The notes beneath the pieces are model-generated. The model was not told the origin of the DNA. It saw only the letters and a list, made by a program, of their open reading frames with translations, and did no database searches. From a virus (Duplodnaviria > Caudoviricetes), in the IMG/VR virus record IMGVR_UViG_3300016656_000172, positions 1 to 45,847 of that record: DNA of 45,847 bases; one strand, written 5' to 3'. Every line of letters starts with the position of its first letter. The stretch's first letter is position 1. Of the stretch, positions 16,602-25,171 are shown piece by piece. The translations under genes and the position numbers were made by a program.

Positions 16602-17218
16602 TTCTTCTGCGCAAATTCACCGAAGTCCGTTCTGGGAACCGTCGATCTATTGGGGTTTTCCAGTGCCGCGACTGCCTTGGTGAGTTTGAGTCGCGCACGG
16701 AGCGGGCAAAGGTAATGACAGGGCTTTGCCTGCCTTGCGCCAACAAGCGTGGCGCCCAAAAGCGCTCTACGCACGGTTTCAATAACAAAAACAGCCGGCT
16801 GCACGTGGCCTGGTCGAACATGAAACGCCGCTGCCTGAATCCGCGCGGTACCGAAATTCAGAAGTACCAAGGCGTAACACTTTGCGAAGAATGGAAGAGC
16901 TTCAAGCCCTTCATGGAGTGGTCTCTCGCCAATGGGTACACCGATCAGCTGACGCTTGACCGGGTCGAATCCTCGAAAGGCTATGAGCCAGGTAATTGCC
17001 GTTACGCCGATTACAACGTGCAGGCGGCCAACCGCAAAAAGACGGACAAGAACACCAGCGGACACGTCGGGGTTTCTTGGGACCGTGGCAGATGGTGCGC
17101 GAAGGTCCAGTGGCAGAAGAAGCAGATACACCTCGGCCGGTTCAAGGATCTCAACGACGCAGTGAAGGCGCGCAACGATTACTTGGCGGCGCACGACCTG
17201 CCGCACTTGAGGGCATAG
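16586..17218 (+). CDS. HNH-AP2 homing endonuclease-like protein
   Basis: W.NMKRRC.NP, TLDRV....GY.PGNCR (HNH-like) and NTSG..GVSW...W.A......HLGRF (AP2). Confidence 0.88.
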   Translation: MCSDVILLRKFTEVRSGNRRSIGVFQCRDCLGEFESRTERAKVMTGLCLPCANKRGAQKRSTHGFNNKNSRLHVAWSNMKRRCLNPRGTEIQKYQGVTLCEEWKSFKPFMEWSLANGYTDQLTLDRVESSKGYEPGNCRYADYNVQAANRKKTDKNTSGHVGVSWDRGRWCAKVQWQKKQIHLGRFKDLNDAVKARNDYLAAHDLPHLRA

Positions 17219-17220
17219 CA

Positions 17221-17295
17221 ATGGACGAAATCAAAACCATCAAGGCCGAATACCGGGCCAAGACCCGAGAACTGAAAAAGGGGCAGGCAGCATGA
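17221..17295 (+). pseudogene. Relic 3' end of the original ninG (24 codons) coupled to Q
   Basis: DEIKTIKAEYRAKTRELKK resembles the NinG C-terminal helix. Stop overlaps the Q start (ATGA). Confidence 0.65.
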
Positions 17296-17972
17296 ATTAC
17301 CACAACGTGATCTCAGCAGTAGTCCGGGCCTTGGCTGCCGAGACGATCAACAGTTCCGGCGGATGCAACGTCGAGCCCCGGGTACAGGCCAGCAAGCTCA
17401 AGGGTGAAATATCCGGGAAGGATGCCGCGCTGTTGGCTGACTGCATCGTGCACAAGCTTCTGCACGCCCAGCTTTCTCCGCGGCACTGGAACGCCTTGGT
17501 GGCGAAGTACAGCACCCACCGTGGCCGAAAAATCGATTCCATCGGCCGGCTGGTCGCCGTGGTGAAGACCCCAGCACCGCAGCGCTTCACGCAACAGTCC
17601 GTCTTGGTCTGGGCGGTTCCGCAGCAGGTGAAGGGCATTCAGCGAGCGGTTACCCAGATCAAGGCGCCGAAGCACCGGGAGAACAAGGAGGAGGGGCAGT
17701 GGGATTGGCGCAACGCGGCAGCCGACGCTGATGTTGCCCGGGCCAACAAGCATGCGCGCGCGGTAGCAGAGGACAAGCCCGGCGAGATGATCGTCCTGGC
17801 CGACTCGAACTACGAAATGACGAATTGGGATTCCCAAGGGCTTACAGAGCGCACTTACCAGCGCTGGAACAAGGCCATCAAGGACGGCTTGGAGTCACTT
17901 GTGAACGAGGCTCTGGTCGAGGCGCAACACATGCTTGAAGCAGTCGGAGTGCTGGAAGGCGAAGCGGCATAA
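17292..17972 (+). CDS. Putative late antiterminator (Q position)
   Basis: Last gene before the late promoter and terminator; C-terminal HTH-like TERTYQRW. Confidence 0.7.
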   Translation: MNYHNVISAVVRALAAETINSSGGCNVEPRVQASKLKGEISGKDAALLADCIVHKLLHAQLSPRHWNALVAKYSTHRGRKIDSIGRLVAVVKTPAPQRFTQQSVLVWAVPQQVKGIQRAVTQIKAPKHRENKEEGQWDWRNAAADADVARANKHARAVAEDKPGEMIVLADSNYEMTNWDSQGLTERTYQRWNKAIKDGLESLVNEALVEAQHMLEAVGVLEGEAA

Positions 17973-17991
17973 AATAGTCCCTCAAAAGGGC

Positions 17992-18021
17992 TTGCAATGT
18001 CATGTCGCCATGTCGCATTAT
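17992..18021 (+). promoter_or_regulatory. PR'-like late promoter with ATGTC direct repeats in the spacer (candidate Q-binding element)
   Basis: TTGCAA-N18-CATTAT; ATGTC-ATGTCGCC-ATGTCGC. Confidence 0.6.
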
Positions 18022-18063
18022 TCACCCATCCTGTCATTCCTGCGTGTGTAGGACTGACGAACG

Positions 18064-18090
18064 AAACCCGGCCACCGCGCCGGGTTTTTT
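18064..18090 (+). terminator. tR'-like intrinsic terminator
   Basis: AAACCCGGC-CACCGC-GCCGGGTTT-TTT. Confidence 0.85.
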
Positions 18091-18122
18091 ATTGCCTCGA
18101 ATTCAACCTTCTGGAGCTGCGC

Positions 18123-18287
18123 ATGAAGCTGAAAGCCAAAAGCAATCTGCTGGAGCGCGCCAGAAAGGCTTGGGAAGCGGTCGCACGCCAAGTTGGCGAG
18201 ACCGACTTCTCGCGCAACCCGCGCACCGGCGAGTATCTGCACCCCGGTGTCGCCATGGGTTGGCGCATCCACAAAAAGAATCTGTAG
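18123..18287 (+). CDS. Small basic hypothetical protein (54 aa)
   Basis: GGAG SD; first ORF of the late transcript. Confidence 0.6.
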   Translation: MKLKAKSNLLERARKAWEAVARQVGETDFSRNPRTGEYLHPGVAMGWRIHKKNL

Positions 18288-18292
18288 TTACA

Positions 18293-18488
18293 CCTGTAGC
18301 CAGGACAGCCTTCGGGAATGCCTGGACGTCGATAGCCGGATAGTGCGACGTACGGAATCAACACCGGCAGCCCGCGCACCCTGACCTCAACTTGCTTTCG
18401 GGGTGGCGCGAGACTGGATCAGCGAGATCGATGCAACGGGGCGTCGACGCTGAGAAGGTCTTTGGCAGACAGCTCGGAAAGACGAGCG
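18293..18488 (+). ncRNA. Candidate structured ncRNA in the late leader
   Basis: Five or more stems, a cUUCGg tetraloop, a possible pseudoknot and no credible ORF. Confidence 0.55.
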
Positions 18489-18489
18489 A

Positions 18490-18732
18490 CTATTTCTTCC
18501 TCATTTGACGCCTGATGCGCATCCAGTCCTGATAAGCAGCGGTTCGTTTTGCATCGGCTACGGCTTTCATTTCCGTGAAGCGGGACCATGCTTCCGCGCT
18601 TTCCGGATCGGCTTGAATGATCTTATAAGCGGCGTCATCGAGTAGATCTGCATCACGAAACATTTTGGTATTGGCAGCAATTTCGTCATCCCAAGAGTGT
18701 TCATCGAAAAAGCCCAGAATGCTCTCTGTCAT
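18490..18732 (-). CDS. Hypothetical helical protein (80 aa), accessory
   Basis: GAGG SD; overlaps the upstream gene of the same leftward pair. Confidence 0.7.
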   Translation of the reverse strand: MTESILGFFDEHSWDDEIAANTKMFRDADLLDDAAYKIIQADPESAEAWSRFTEMKAVADAKRTAAYQDWMRIRRQMRKK

Positions 18733-18985
18733 TTGCTTGATCCTCTTCCCAGGCAATGGCGGAAGACTCGCGCCATCGCACATCGGTGACCCCGAAGCGC
18801 TCGGCCATAGGCTTGGTGTAGCGCTTGATGGGAGGGCGGCCTGGTCTTGGGATAGGAGCGATGCCCGCGTCACAGCTCGCCCATTGCCAGGCTTCTGCAT
18901 TGTTCATCACCTTAGTCCGAATGACGAACGACTTAGGTTCCCCATGAAGCTTGTAATCAACCACGAAAACATCGACCTGTTTCAT
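18701..18985 (-). CDS. Small Pseudomonas protein (DUF6555-like), accessory
   Basis: Y.LHG.PKSF.IR...M.NAEAW.WASCDAG motif; AGGAGG SD. Confidence 0.7.
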   Translation of the reverse strand: MKQVDVFVVDYKLHGEPKSFVIRTKVMNNAEAWQWASCDAGIAPIPRPGRPPIKRYTKPMAERFGVTDVRWRESSAIAWEEDQANDREHSGLFR

Positions 18986-19154
18986 GAGTCCTCCTATTGC
19001 TCATGAACTAATGATTTTGCGCCTTTCAGAAAATTCAAAGAATTGTCGGACAATCTGTAGTTCTTTGATTTAGGTCACTTATTTCCCATAGTCAGAGCGA
19101 TCCTTGCGAAGGCCCTGACAATGAATAGCCACTCCCTGACGGGGAGGAACCGAG

Positions 19155-19487
19155 ATGCCAAACATGCCAGACAAACCAGACACATGGGCGATAGCGCTTG
19201 CGTGGTTGAGCCAGCATTCGCCGATCCTCTATGCGGCTGCGCTGTCCTGCGCTATGGCCGTCTTGCGAATCACTTACGGTGGCGGTACGCGTCGCCAGAT
19301 GCTGGTGGAGGGCGCCATTTGCGGCGGCCTGACGCTGACCATCATCAGCGGGCTGGATTTCTTCGGACTGCCCCAGAGCATGGCGACATTCGCCGGCGGC
19401 TGGGTTGGCTTCCTGGGCGTGGAGAAGATCCGCAACATCGCCGACCGAGTGACTGACATTAAGTTACCGGCCCGCAAGGCAGAGTAG
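19155..19487 (+). CDS. Lambda-family holin
   Basis: Three hydrophobic segments, GG.VGFLGVEKIR, basic tail; GGAGG SD. Confidence 0.92.
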   Translation: MPNMPDKPDTWAIALAWLSQHSPILYAAALSCAMAVLRITYGGGTRRQMLVEGAICGGLTLTIISGLDFFGLPQSMATFAGGWVGFLGVEKIRNIADRVTDIKLPARKAE

Positions 19488-19489
19488 AC

Positions 19490-19524
19490 CGCGACACGAT
19501 TTGCGAATGGCAAAATGTGTCGAG
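19490..19524. repeat. Degenerate inverted repeat CGCGACACG-N17-TGTGTCGAG (copy 3)
   Basis: Same left arm as the copies at 3091 and 12496; directly after the holin stop. Confidence 0.65.
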
Positions 19525-19539
19525 TTGAGGACACTAGCC

Positions 19540-19728
19540 TTAAGACTCTTCGTACCCCCTATAGAGCTTTACCAATGCCTGACCATAATCTGCTTTGCTG
19601 AGCTTGGCTTTGAGCGCGGCCATTGTTTGGCTTGCATTGGCAACGGCGGTCGTTTCGCTTTTGTTCTTTCGTGCCGACCATTCCCGGGCAGCCTGTATCA
19701 CCAAGCTTTCAGTGATTAGCTCGGTCAT
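19540..19728 (-). CDS. Hypothetical protein (62 aa), accessory
   Basis: GAGG SD; antisense between holin and peptidase. Confidence 0.55.
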   Translation of the reverse strand: MTELITESLVIQAAREWSARKNKSETTAVANASQTMAALKAKLSKADYGQALVKLYRGYEES

Positions 19729-19796
19729 TGATTTTCCTCGTAGGCTGATCAGTCAATTTACCATAGACCATAAAGGTTCACTGGAAGGGGGAGCTG

Positions 19797-20423
19797 ATGT
19801 TGAATCGACCTATGCCTCCTACTTCACTAATCGAACTGTCGGAACTCTCCAGCTTCGGTATTCGCTTGATCCCTGCTCCGGAAGTGTGGAAGTGGCTCCA
19901 AGTCGAGATCCTTTCAGACACCGGCAGCATCCATAACGAAGACCACGCCCATCTGATCGATGCGGACATTCGTGTTATGTGGGCGTCTGCTGCCTTCACG
20001 AAGAAGGGGCGTACGGTCGTGGGCCAGGCCGAACAGGTCGCCTTCCGCGCCGGCGGTTGGCAGAAGGCCCGGATGGAGCAGCAGATGCTGGATTGGTTCG
20101 GCGACGTGCCGGCCTTCATCATCACCTTGGCCGCCGACTACTGCGCTGACTGTTCCGACGCTGACTTCTGCGCGCTGGTGGAGCACGAGCTATTTCACAT
20201 CGCTCAGGCGACCGATCAGTACGGCGCTCCCAAGTTCACCCAGGAAGGACTGCCCAAGCTTGAGATGCGTGGACACGACGTTGAAGAGTTCGTCGGTGTG
20301 GTGCGTCGCTATGGAGCAAGCCCAGCTGTTCAAGAGCTGGTGGACGCTGCAAACAATCCTGCTGAGGTGGGGAAATTGAACATATCGAGGGCCTGCGGAA
20401 CCTGTCTGCTCAAGTCGGCCTGA
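19797..20423 (+). CDS. Putative phage metallopeptidase
   Basis: ALVEHELFH (HExxH) and HDVEEF motifs; upstream of terminase. Confidence 0.85.
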   Translation: MLNRPMPPTSLIELSELSSFGIRLIPAPEVWKWLQVEILSDTGSIHNEDHAHLIDADIRVMWASAAFTKKGRTVVGQAEQVAFRAGGWQKARMEQQMLDWFGDVPAFIITLAADYCADCSDADFCALVEHELFHIAQATDQYGAPKFTQEGLPKLEMRGHDVEEFVGVVRRYGASPAVQELVDAANNPAEVGKLNISRACGTCLLKSA

Positions 20424-20454
20424 TTCTGGACAGGCTCTGGACGGATGAAAATCT

Positions 20455-20916
20455 ATGGCAGCCCTTCAAAACGACGTGAAGGCCTTTATCGTTCAGGCCT
20501 TGGCGTGCTTCGACACGCCGTCACAGGTTGTTGAAGCCGTCCAAAAGGAATACGGGATAACGGTGACCCGCCAACAGGTGGAGACACACGACCCGACAAA
20601 GACATCAGGGAAAGGCCTGGCCAAGCGCTGGGTGACGATGTTTGAAGATGCCCGCAAGCGCTTCCGCGAAGAAACCGCCGAGATCCCGATCGCCAATCGG
20701 GCCTATCGCCTACGAGCCATGAACCGGTTTGTCGAGCGGGCCGAGACGATGAAGAACATCGGCCTGGCCATGCAGATCCTCGAGCAGGCCGCGAAGGAAG
20801 TCGGCGACGTCTACGTCAATCGCCATCGGAAGGATGAGCCTGACGAGGAACCAGCAATCCCGACGCGCATTCAGGTCGACGTAGTGGATGCGAGGAAGCC
20901 GAATGCCGAGCCTTAA
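20455..20916 (+). CDS. terS: Terminase small subunit (DUF2280-like)
   Basis: FIVQALACFDTPS..V, IPIANRAYRLR; precedes TerL. Confidence 0.85.
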   Translation: MAALQNDVKAFIVQALACFDTPSQVVEAVQKEYGITVTRQQVETHDPTKTSGKGLAKRWVTMFEDARKRFREETAEIPIANRAYRLRAMNRFVERAETMKNIGLAMQILEQAAKEVGDVYVNRHRKDEPDEEPAIPTRIQVDVVDARKPNAEP

Positions 20917-22204
20917 CGTTCCGCAGTCGCAGTTCCTCCTATTACCCCACAAATTTCGCGCATTCGTCGCTGGATTCGGCTCCGGAAAGACCTGGGTCGG
21001 ATGCTCGGCGCTCAGCAAGCATTTCATGGAGTGGCCCGGCGTCAACGCGGGTTACTTCGCACCGACTTACCCGCAGATCCGCGACATCTTCTATCCCACG
21101 ATGGAGGAGGTGGCTTACGACTGGGGGCTGAAGACCAAGATCAACCAGGCGAACCATGAGGTTCACATCTACAGCGGCCGGCAGTATCGCGGCACTGTGA
21201 TTTGCCGGTCGATGGAGAAGCCGCAGACCATCGTCGGCTTCAAGATCGGTCACGCGCTGGTCGATGAATTGGACGTGCTGACGTCGATCAAGGCGCAGCA
21301 GGCCTGGCGCAAGATTATTGCCCGGATGCGTTACAACATCCCCGGGCTGAAGAACGGCGTGGACGTAACTACGACGCCGGAAGGCTTTAAGTTCGTCTTT
21401 CTCCAGTTCGTGAAGCAGCTGCGCGACAAGCCGGCGCTGAAGGAGATGTATGGACTTATCCAGGCTAGCACCTTCGACAACGAGTTGAACCTGCCTGACG
21501 ACTACATTGCATCGCTGATGGAGTCGTACCCCGAGCAGCTGATCCGCGCGTACCTGAATGGCCAGTTCGTCAACCTGACGTCCGGATCGATCTACCACGC
21601 CTACGACCGCAAGCTGAACCAGTGCTTCGACACTGTGCAGCCTGGCGAGCCGCTGTTCATCGGTATGGACTTCAACGTCGGCAAGATGGCGGCGATCACA
21701 CACGTCAAGCGTGATCAGGGCCTGCCGCGCGCCGTGGACGAGCTGATGGATGGCTACGACACGCCGGACATGATCCGACGCATCAAAGAGCGGTACTGGG
21801 AACACACCGGCAACGACTTCAGGAAAACCTGCGAGATCCGGATCTACCCGGACGCCTCAGGTGATTCGCGCAAGTCGGTCAATGCCAGTCTCACCGATAT
21901 CGCCATGCTTAAGCAGGCAGGCTTCACAGTCATCGCGCCGGCGGCCAACCCGCCGGTGAAGGACCGGATTAACGCCATGAACGCGATGTTCTGCAACGCT
22001 CAGGGCGAGCGGCGTTACTTGGTCAATCCGTTCACCTGCCCGACATACGCCGACGGCCTGGAACAGCAGATATGGGCGCCCAACGGCGAGCCAGACAAGA
22101 GCCAAGGAAACGACCACGCCAACGACGGCGGCGGTTACTTCATTCACCGCGAGTACCCGATCGTTAAACCGGTCACCTCAATGAAAATGGGAGTCGCCCG
22201 ATGA
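20903..22204 (+). CDS. terL: Terminase large subunit
   Basis: Walker A GFGSGKT, Walker B LVDE, TTTPEG, nuclease GMDFN and DH.ND. Confidence 0.95.
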   Translation: MPSLNVPQSQFLLLPHKFRAFVAGFGSGKTWVGCSALSKHFMEWPGVNAGYFAPTYPQIRDIFYPTMEEVAYDWGLKTKINQANHEVHIYSGRQYRGTVICRSMEKPQTIVGFKIGHALVDELDVLTSIKAQQAWRKIIARMRYNIPGLKNGVDVTTTPEGFKFVFLQFVKQLRDKPALKEMYGLIQASTFDNELNLPDDYIASLMESYPEQLIRAYLNGQFVNLTSGSIYHAYDRKLNQCFDTVQPGEPLFIGMDFNVGKMAAITHVKRDQGLPRAVDELMDGYDTPDMIRRIKERYWEHTGNDFRKTCEIRIYPDASGDSRKSVNASLTDIAMLKQAGFTVIAPAANPPVKDRINAMNAMFCNAQGERRYLVNPFTCPTYADGLEQQIWAPNGEPDKSQGNDHANDGGGYFIHREYPIVKPVTSMKMGVAR

Positions 22205-23661
22205 CGGACGTCACTTTTACTCGTCCCGAGTACAAGGCGGCACAGTACCGCTGGCGCTTGGTGCGCGACGTCTGCAAAGGGTCGGAAACCATCAAGACTG
22301 CCGGCGACCGTTACCTGCCGAGGCCGAACGCGGCCGACACCGGCGAGGACAACAAGCAGCGCTACGAGGCGTACAAGAAGCGGGCAGTGTTCTACAACGC
22401 CACGGGGCGCACGAAGCACAGCCTAGTCGGTGCGGTATTCCGCACCTGGCCCACGCTGACTGTTCCCGGCGCGCTCGATTACGTGGCCAAGGACGTCGAC
22501 GGTCAGGGTGTGAGCGTCTACCAACAATCCCAGTCGGTGATCGGGCACCTGCTCGAAGTGGGTCGCCATGGGCTGCTGGTGGATTACGCCGCGGTTGAGG
22601 CTGGAACTGTCAGCAAGGCCGACGAATTGTCCGGCCGTGCCCGAGCGAACATCGCGAGCTACACCGCAGAGTCGATCATCAACTGGAAGACCCGCCAGAT
22701 CGGCGGCCAGCACCTGCTCAGCCTTGTAGTGCTGCGTGAGACAGTCGATGTCGACACGGATGACGGTTTCGGTAGCGAGCAAGTCGTGCAATACCGCGTG
22801 TTACGCCTTGATCTTGCTGGCCAGTACACGCAAGAGGTTTGGGAGGAGGGTTCGAGCAAGACTTCTCAAATTGTTGCTCCGTTCACGCCGCTGAATGGGA
22901 TTGGCCGGCCATGGCAGGTGATCCCGTTCCAGTTTGTTGGCAGCGAGAACAACGACACGACCATCGATGATGCACCGCTGTACGACATGGCCGAGGTGAA
23001 CATCGGCCATTACCGAAACAGCGCGGATTACGAGGAAGCTGCCTATCTGGTGGGTCAGCCTCAGCCGTGGATGGCTGGTTTGGACGAGCAGTGGCGCGAT
23101 CACATGGAGACGAATGGGATATTCCTCGGCTCCCGAGCGCCTTGGCTGCTTCCGGTAAACGGCACCTGCGGAGTTTGGCAGGCTCAGCCGAACACGGTGG
23201 CCAAGGAGGCCATGGAATCCAAGAAGCAGGACATGGTGTCGCTCGGCGCGCGGCTCATTGAGCGTGGTAGCGCAGTGAAGACCGCAACCCAGGCCGACAA
23301 CGACAGCGCCGCCGAACACAGCGTCCTGTCGCTGGTGGTCAGCAACGTCAGCGAAGCCTACAGCCAGTGCCTTGAGTGGATGGCCGAGTTCGTGAACGCC
23401 TCGGGCGAAGTTGTCTACAAGCTCAACCAAGACTTCAGCCAGATCACTCTCGACGCGACGATCCTGGCTGCACTGTTCAATGCGGTGCAGGGCGGCAAGC
23501 TGCCGGAAGGCGACTTCTGGCAGTACCTGCGCGATCGCGGCGTGATCAACCCGGAGAAGACGGACGATGAAATCCGGGACGAACTGGAGGCGCAAGGAAC
23601 CGGTCCCGACCTGGGTGATGACGAGGTGATTCCGAATGGCGGCAAACCAAGCAATCCTTGA
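22201..23661 (+). CDS. Portal protein (DUF4055-like)
   Basis: Y.KRAVFYNAT.RT and N..HYR.SADYE motifs; follows terL. Confidence 0.9.
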   Translation: MTDVTFTRPEYKAAQYRWRLVRDVCKGSETIKTAGDRYLPRPNAADTGEDNKQRYEAYKKRAVFYNATGRTKHSLVGAVFRTWPTLTVPGALDYVAKDVDGQGVSVYQQSQSVIGHLLEVGRHGLLVDYAAVEAGTVSKADELSGRARANIASYTAESIINWKTRQIGGQHLLSLVVLRETVDVDTDDGFGSEQVVQYRVLRLDLAGQYTQEVWEEGSSKTSQIVAPFTPLNGIGRPWQVIPFQFVGSENNDTTIDDAPLYDMAEVNIGHYRNSADYEEAAYLVGQPQPWMAGLDEQWRDHMETNGIFLGSRAPWLLPVNGTCGVWQAQPNTVAKEAMESKKQDMVSLGARLIERGSAVKTATQADNDSAAEHSVLSLVVSNVSEAYSQCLEWMAEFVNASGEVVYKLNQDFSQITLDATILAALFNAVQGGKLPEGDFWQYLRDRGVINPEKTDDEIRDELEAQGTGPDLGDDEVIPNGGKPSNP

Positions 23662-24721
23662 TGCCACGATCCGACACGCCGTCTTCCTCGAGCAACTGAA
23701 GTCGGGTGAGGTGGCGAAGTTCGCGCCATTCCTGAGGGAGATCGACCGCTCGATCCGCGAGCGGCTGACTCGGGCGGATCTGACGGATTACACCGTTGCG
23801 CGTTTGGAGCGGCTGCTCAGCGAGGTCGACAGCCTGCTGCTGGGCATCTTCGACCGGTACAGCGAGAAGCTGAACCTTGATCTGGTGGATATCGCCAATT
23901 ACGAGGCCGAGTTCGAGGCGACCAGCCTGACCCGGGCGGCGCCGGTTGGCGTCTCGTTCGATGCAGCTGTGCCTGGCGCTGCTGCAATCAGGGCGGCAAT
24001 CCTCACCAACCCGCTCAGCGTGCGTGGTGCGGACGGCGGCAAGTTACTCAAGTCGTTCATTGATGGCTTCACCGCCACCGAGCGACAACGCCTCACAGGC
24101 GCGATCCGGCAGGGCTTCTTCGAAGGCCAGACCAACTTCCAGATCATCAAAAACATTCGCGGCACCAAGGCGCTGAACTACAACGACGGCATCCTTGCCA
24201 CTACCAACCGCAACGCTGGAGCCATCGTGCGGACGGCGGTGCAGCACGTCGCCACCCAGGCGCGCATGGAGACGCTGAAAGCGAACTCCGATGTCGTGCC
24301 GTCGGTGGAGTGGGTCAGCACGCTGGATTCGAAGACGACCAGTCAGTGCCGGACGCTCGATAAGCGCCGGTTCAAACTGACCGAGGGGCCGCGGCCGCCG
24401 ATCCACATCAACTGCCGCTCGACTGTGGTGGCGGTGACGCGCTTCAGCGCCTTGTTCGCCAAGGACGCCACGCGGGCATCCATCGGCGACGGCGGCGCGC
24501 AGCAGGTGAGGGCAGACCTCAGCTATTACGACTGGCTCAAGCAGCAGCCAGCAGCTTTTCAGGACAAGGCCATCGGCCCGGTTCGGGCGAAGTTGTTCCG
24601 TGATGGCGGCCTGAGTGTCGAGCGATTCGCAGAGCTGCAACTTGACCGGAATTTCAAACCGTTAACTCTGAAGCAGATGAAGACACTTGAGCCGCTAGCA
24701 TTTCAATCTGCGGATCTTTAG
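23636..24721 (+). CDS. Head morphogenesis protein (SPP1 gp7 / MuF-like)
   Basis: IVRTA, WVSTLD.KT...CR.LD and PPIH.NCRS motifs. Confidence 0.92.
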   Translation: MAANQAILDATIRHAVFLEQLKSGEVAKFAPFLREIDRSIRERLTRADLTDYTVARLERLLSEVDSLLLGIFDRYSEKLNLDLVDIANYEAEFEATSLTRAAPVGVSFDAAVPGAAAIRAAILTNPLSVRGADGGKLLKSFIDGFTATERQRLTGAIRQGFFEGQTNFQIIKNIRGTKALNYNDGILATTNRNAGAIVRTAVQHVATQARMETLKANSDVVPSVEWVSTLDSKTTSQCRTLDKRRFKLTEGPRPPIHINCRSTVVAVTRFSALFAKDATRASIGDGGAQQVRADLSYYDWLKQQPAAFQDKAIGPVRAKLFRDGGLSVERFAELQLDRNFKPLTLKQMKTLEPLAFQSADL

Positions 24722-24748
24722 TATTTTGGAAATTGCTAGGGACTGCGT

Positions 24749-25096
24749 ATGGCCAAACTATTTAATCTTCCGCCGGAAGAGTTATCGCATTTGTTGCGTT
24801 TTTATTGGTTTATTTTGAAGTCAGACATCAAAACTGATCCTGACAAAATCATCGCGAAGAAAGTGCAAATAGAAAACCTGGTTGCGAGGCAGTTTTCCCG
24901 AAAAAACCTACCTGATGAAGACTTGAAGGAAATCGTTTGGTTTATAGCTGGGTCAAAGGATCTGCTCAAAACTCTGGAGACGCGACGCCGTCTTACGTCA
25001 ATGATTGCTGATATTCATCGGGAGGTCAGAGCCGCTTATCCCGGTAATCTTTACGACCCCGCCACAGCCGGAACCGTTGACATTCTAATTTATTGA
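24749..25096 (+). CDS. AT-rich hypothetical protein (115 aa), accessory
   Basis: Composition shift relative to flanking head genes; followed by a terminator. Confidence 0.7.
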   Translation: MAKLFNLPPEELSHLLRFYWFILKSDIKTDPDKIIAKKVQIENLVARQFSRKNLPDEDLKEIVWFIAGSKDLLKTLETRRRLTSMIADIHREVRAAYPGNLYDPATAGTVDILIY

Positions 25097-25104
25097 GTAA
25101 TCCG

Positions 25105-25126
25105 ACCCGCTAACGCGGGTTTTTTT
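25105..25126 (+). terminator. Intrinsic terminator
   Basis: ACCCGC-TAAC-GCGGGT-TTTTTT. Confidence 0.85.
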
Positions 25127-25171
25127 ATTCCCGCAGGCAGGGCCTGCACCTAAGTCTCTGGGAGACAACCA

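Noticed and set aside
18293-18488. Group I intron or tRNA call
   Set aside because: GCCGG/CCGGCAGC and GAGACT...GGTC loosely recall group I P4/P6/P7. However, I could not place a clean P3 or P1, no gene is interrupted, and there is no cloverleaf or T-loop.
20424-20443. TCTGGAC direct repeat before terS as a pac site
   Set aside because: Only two short copies; cannot be distinguished from chance.
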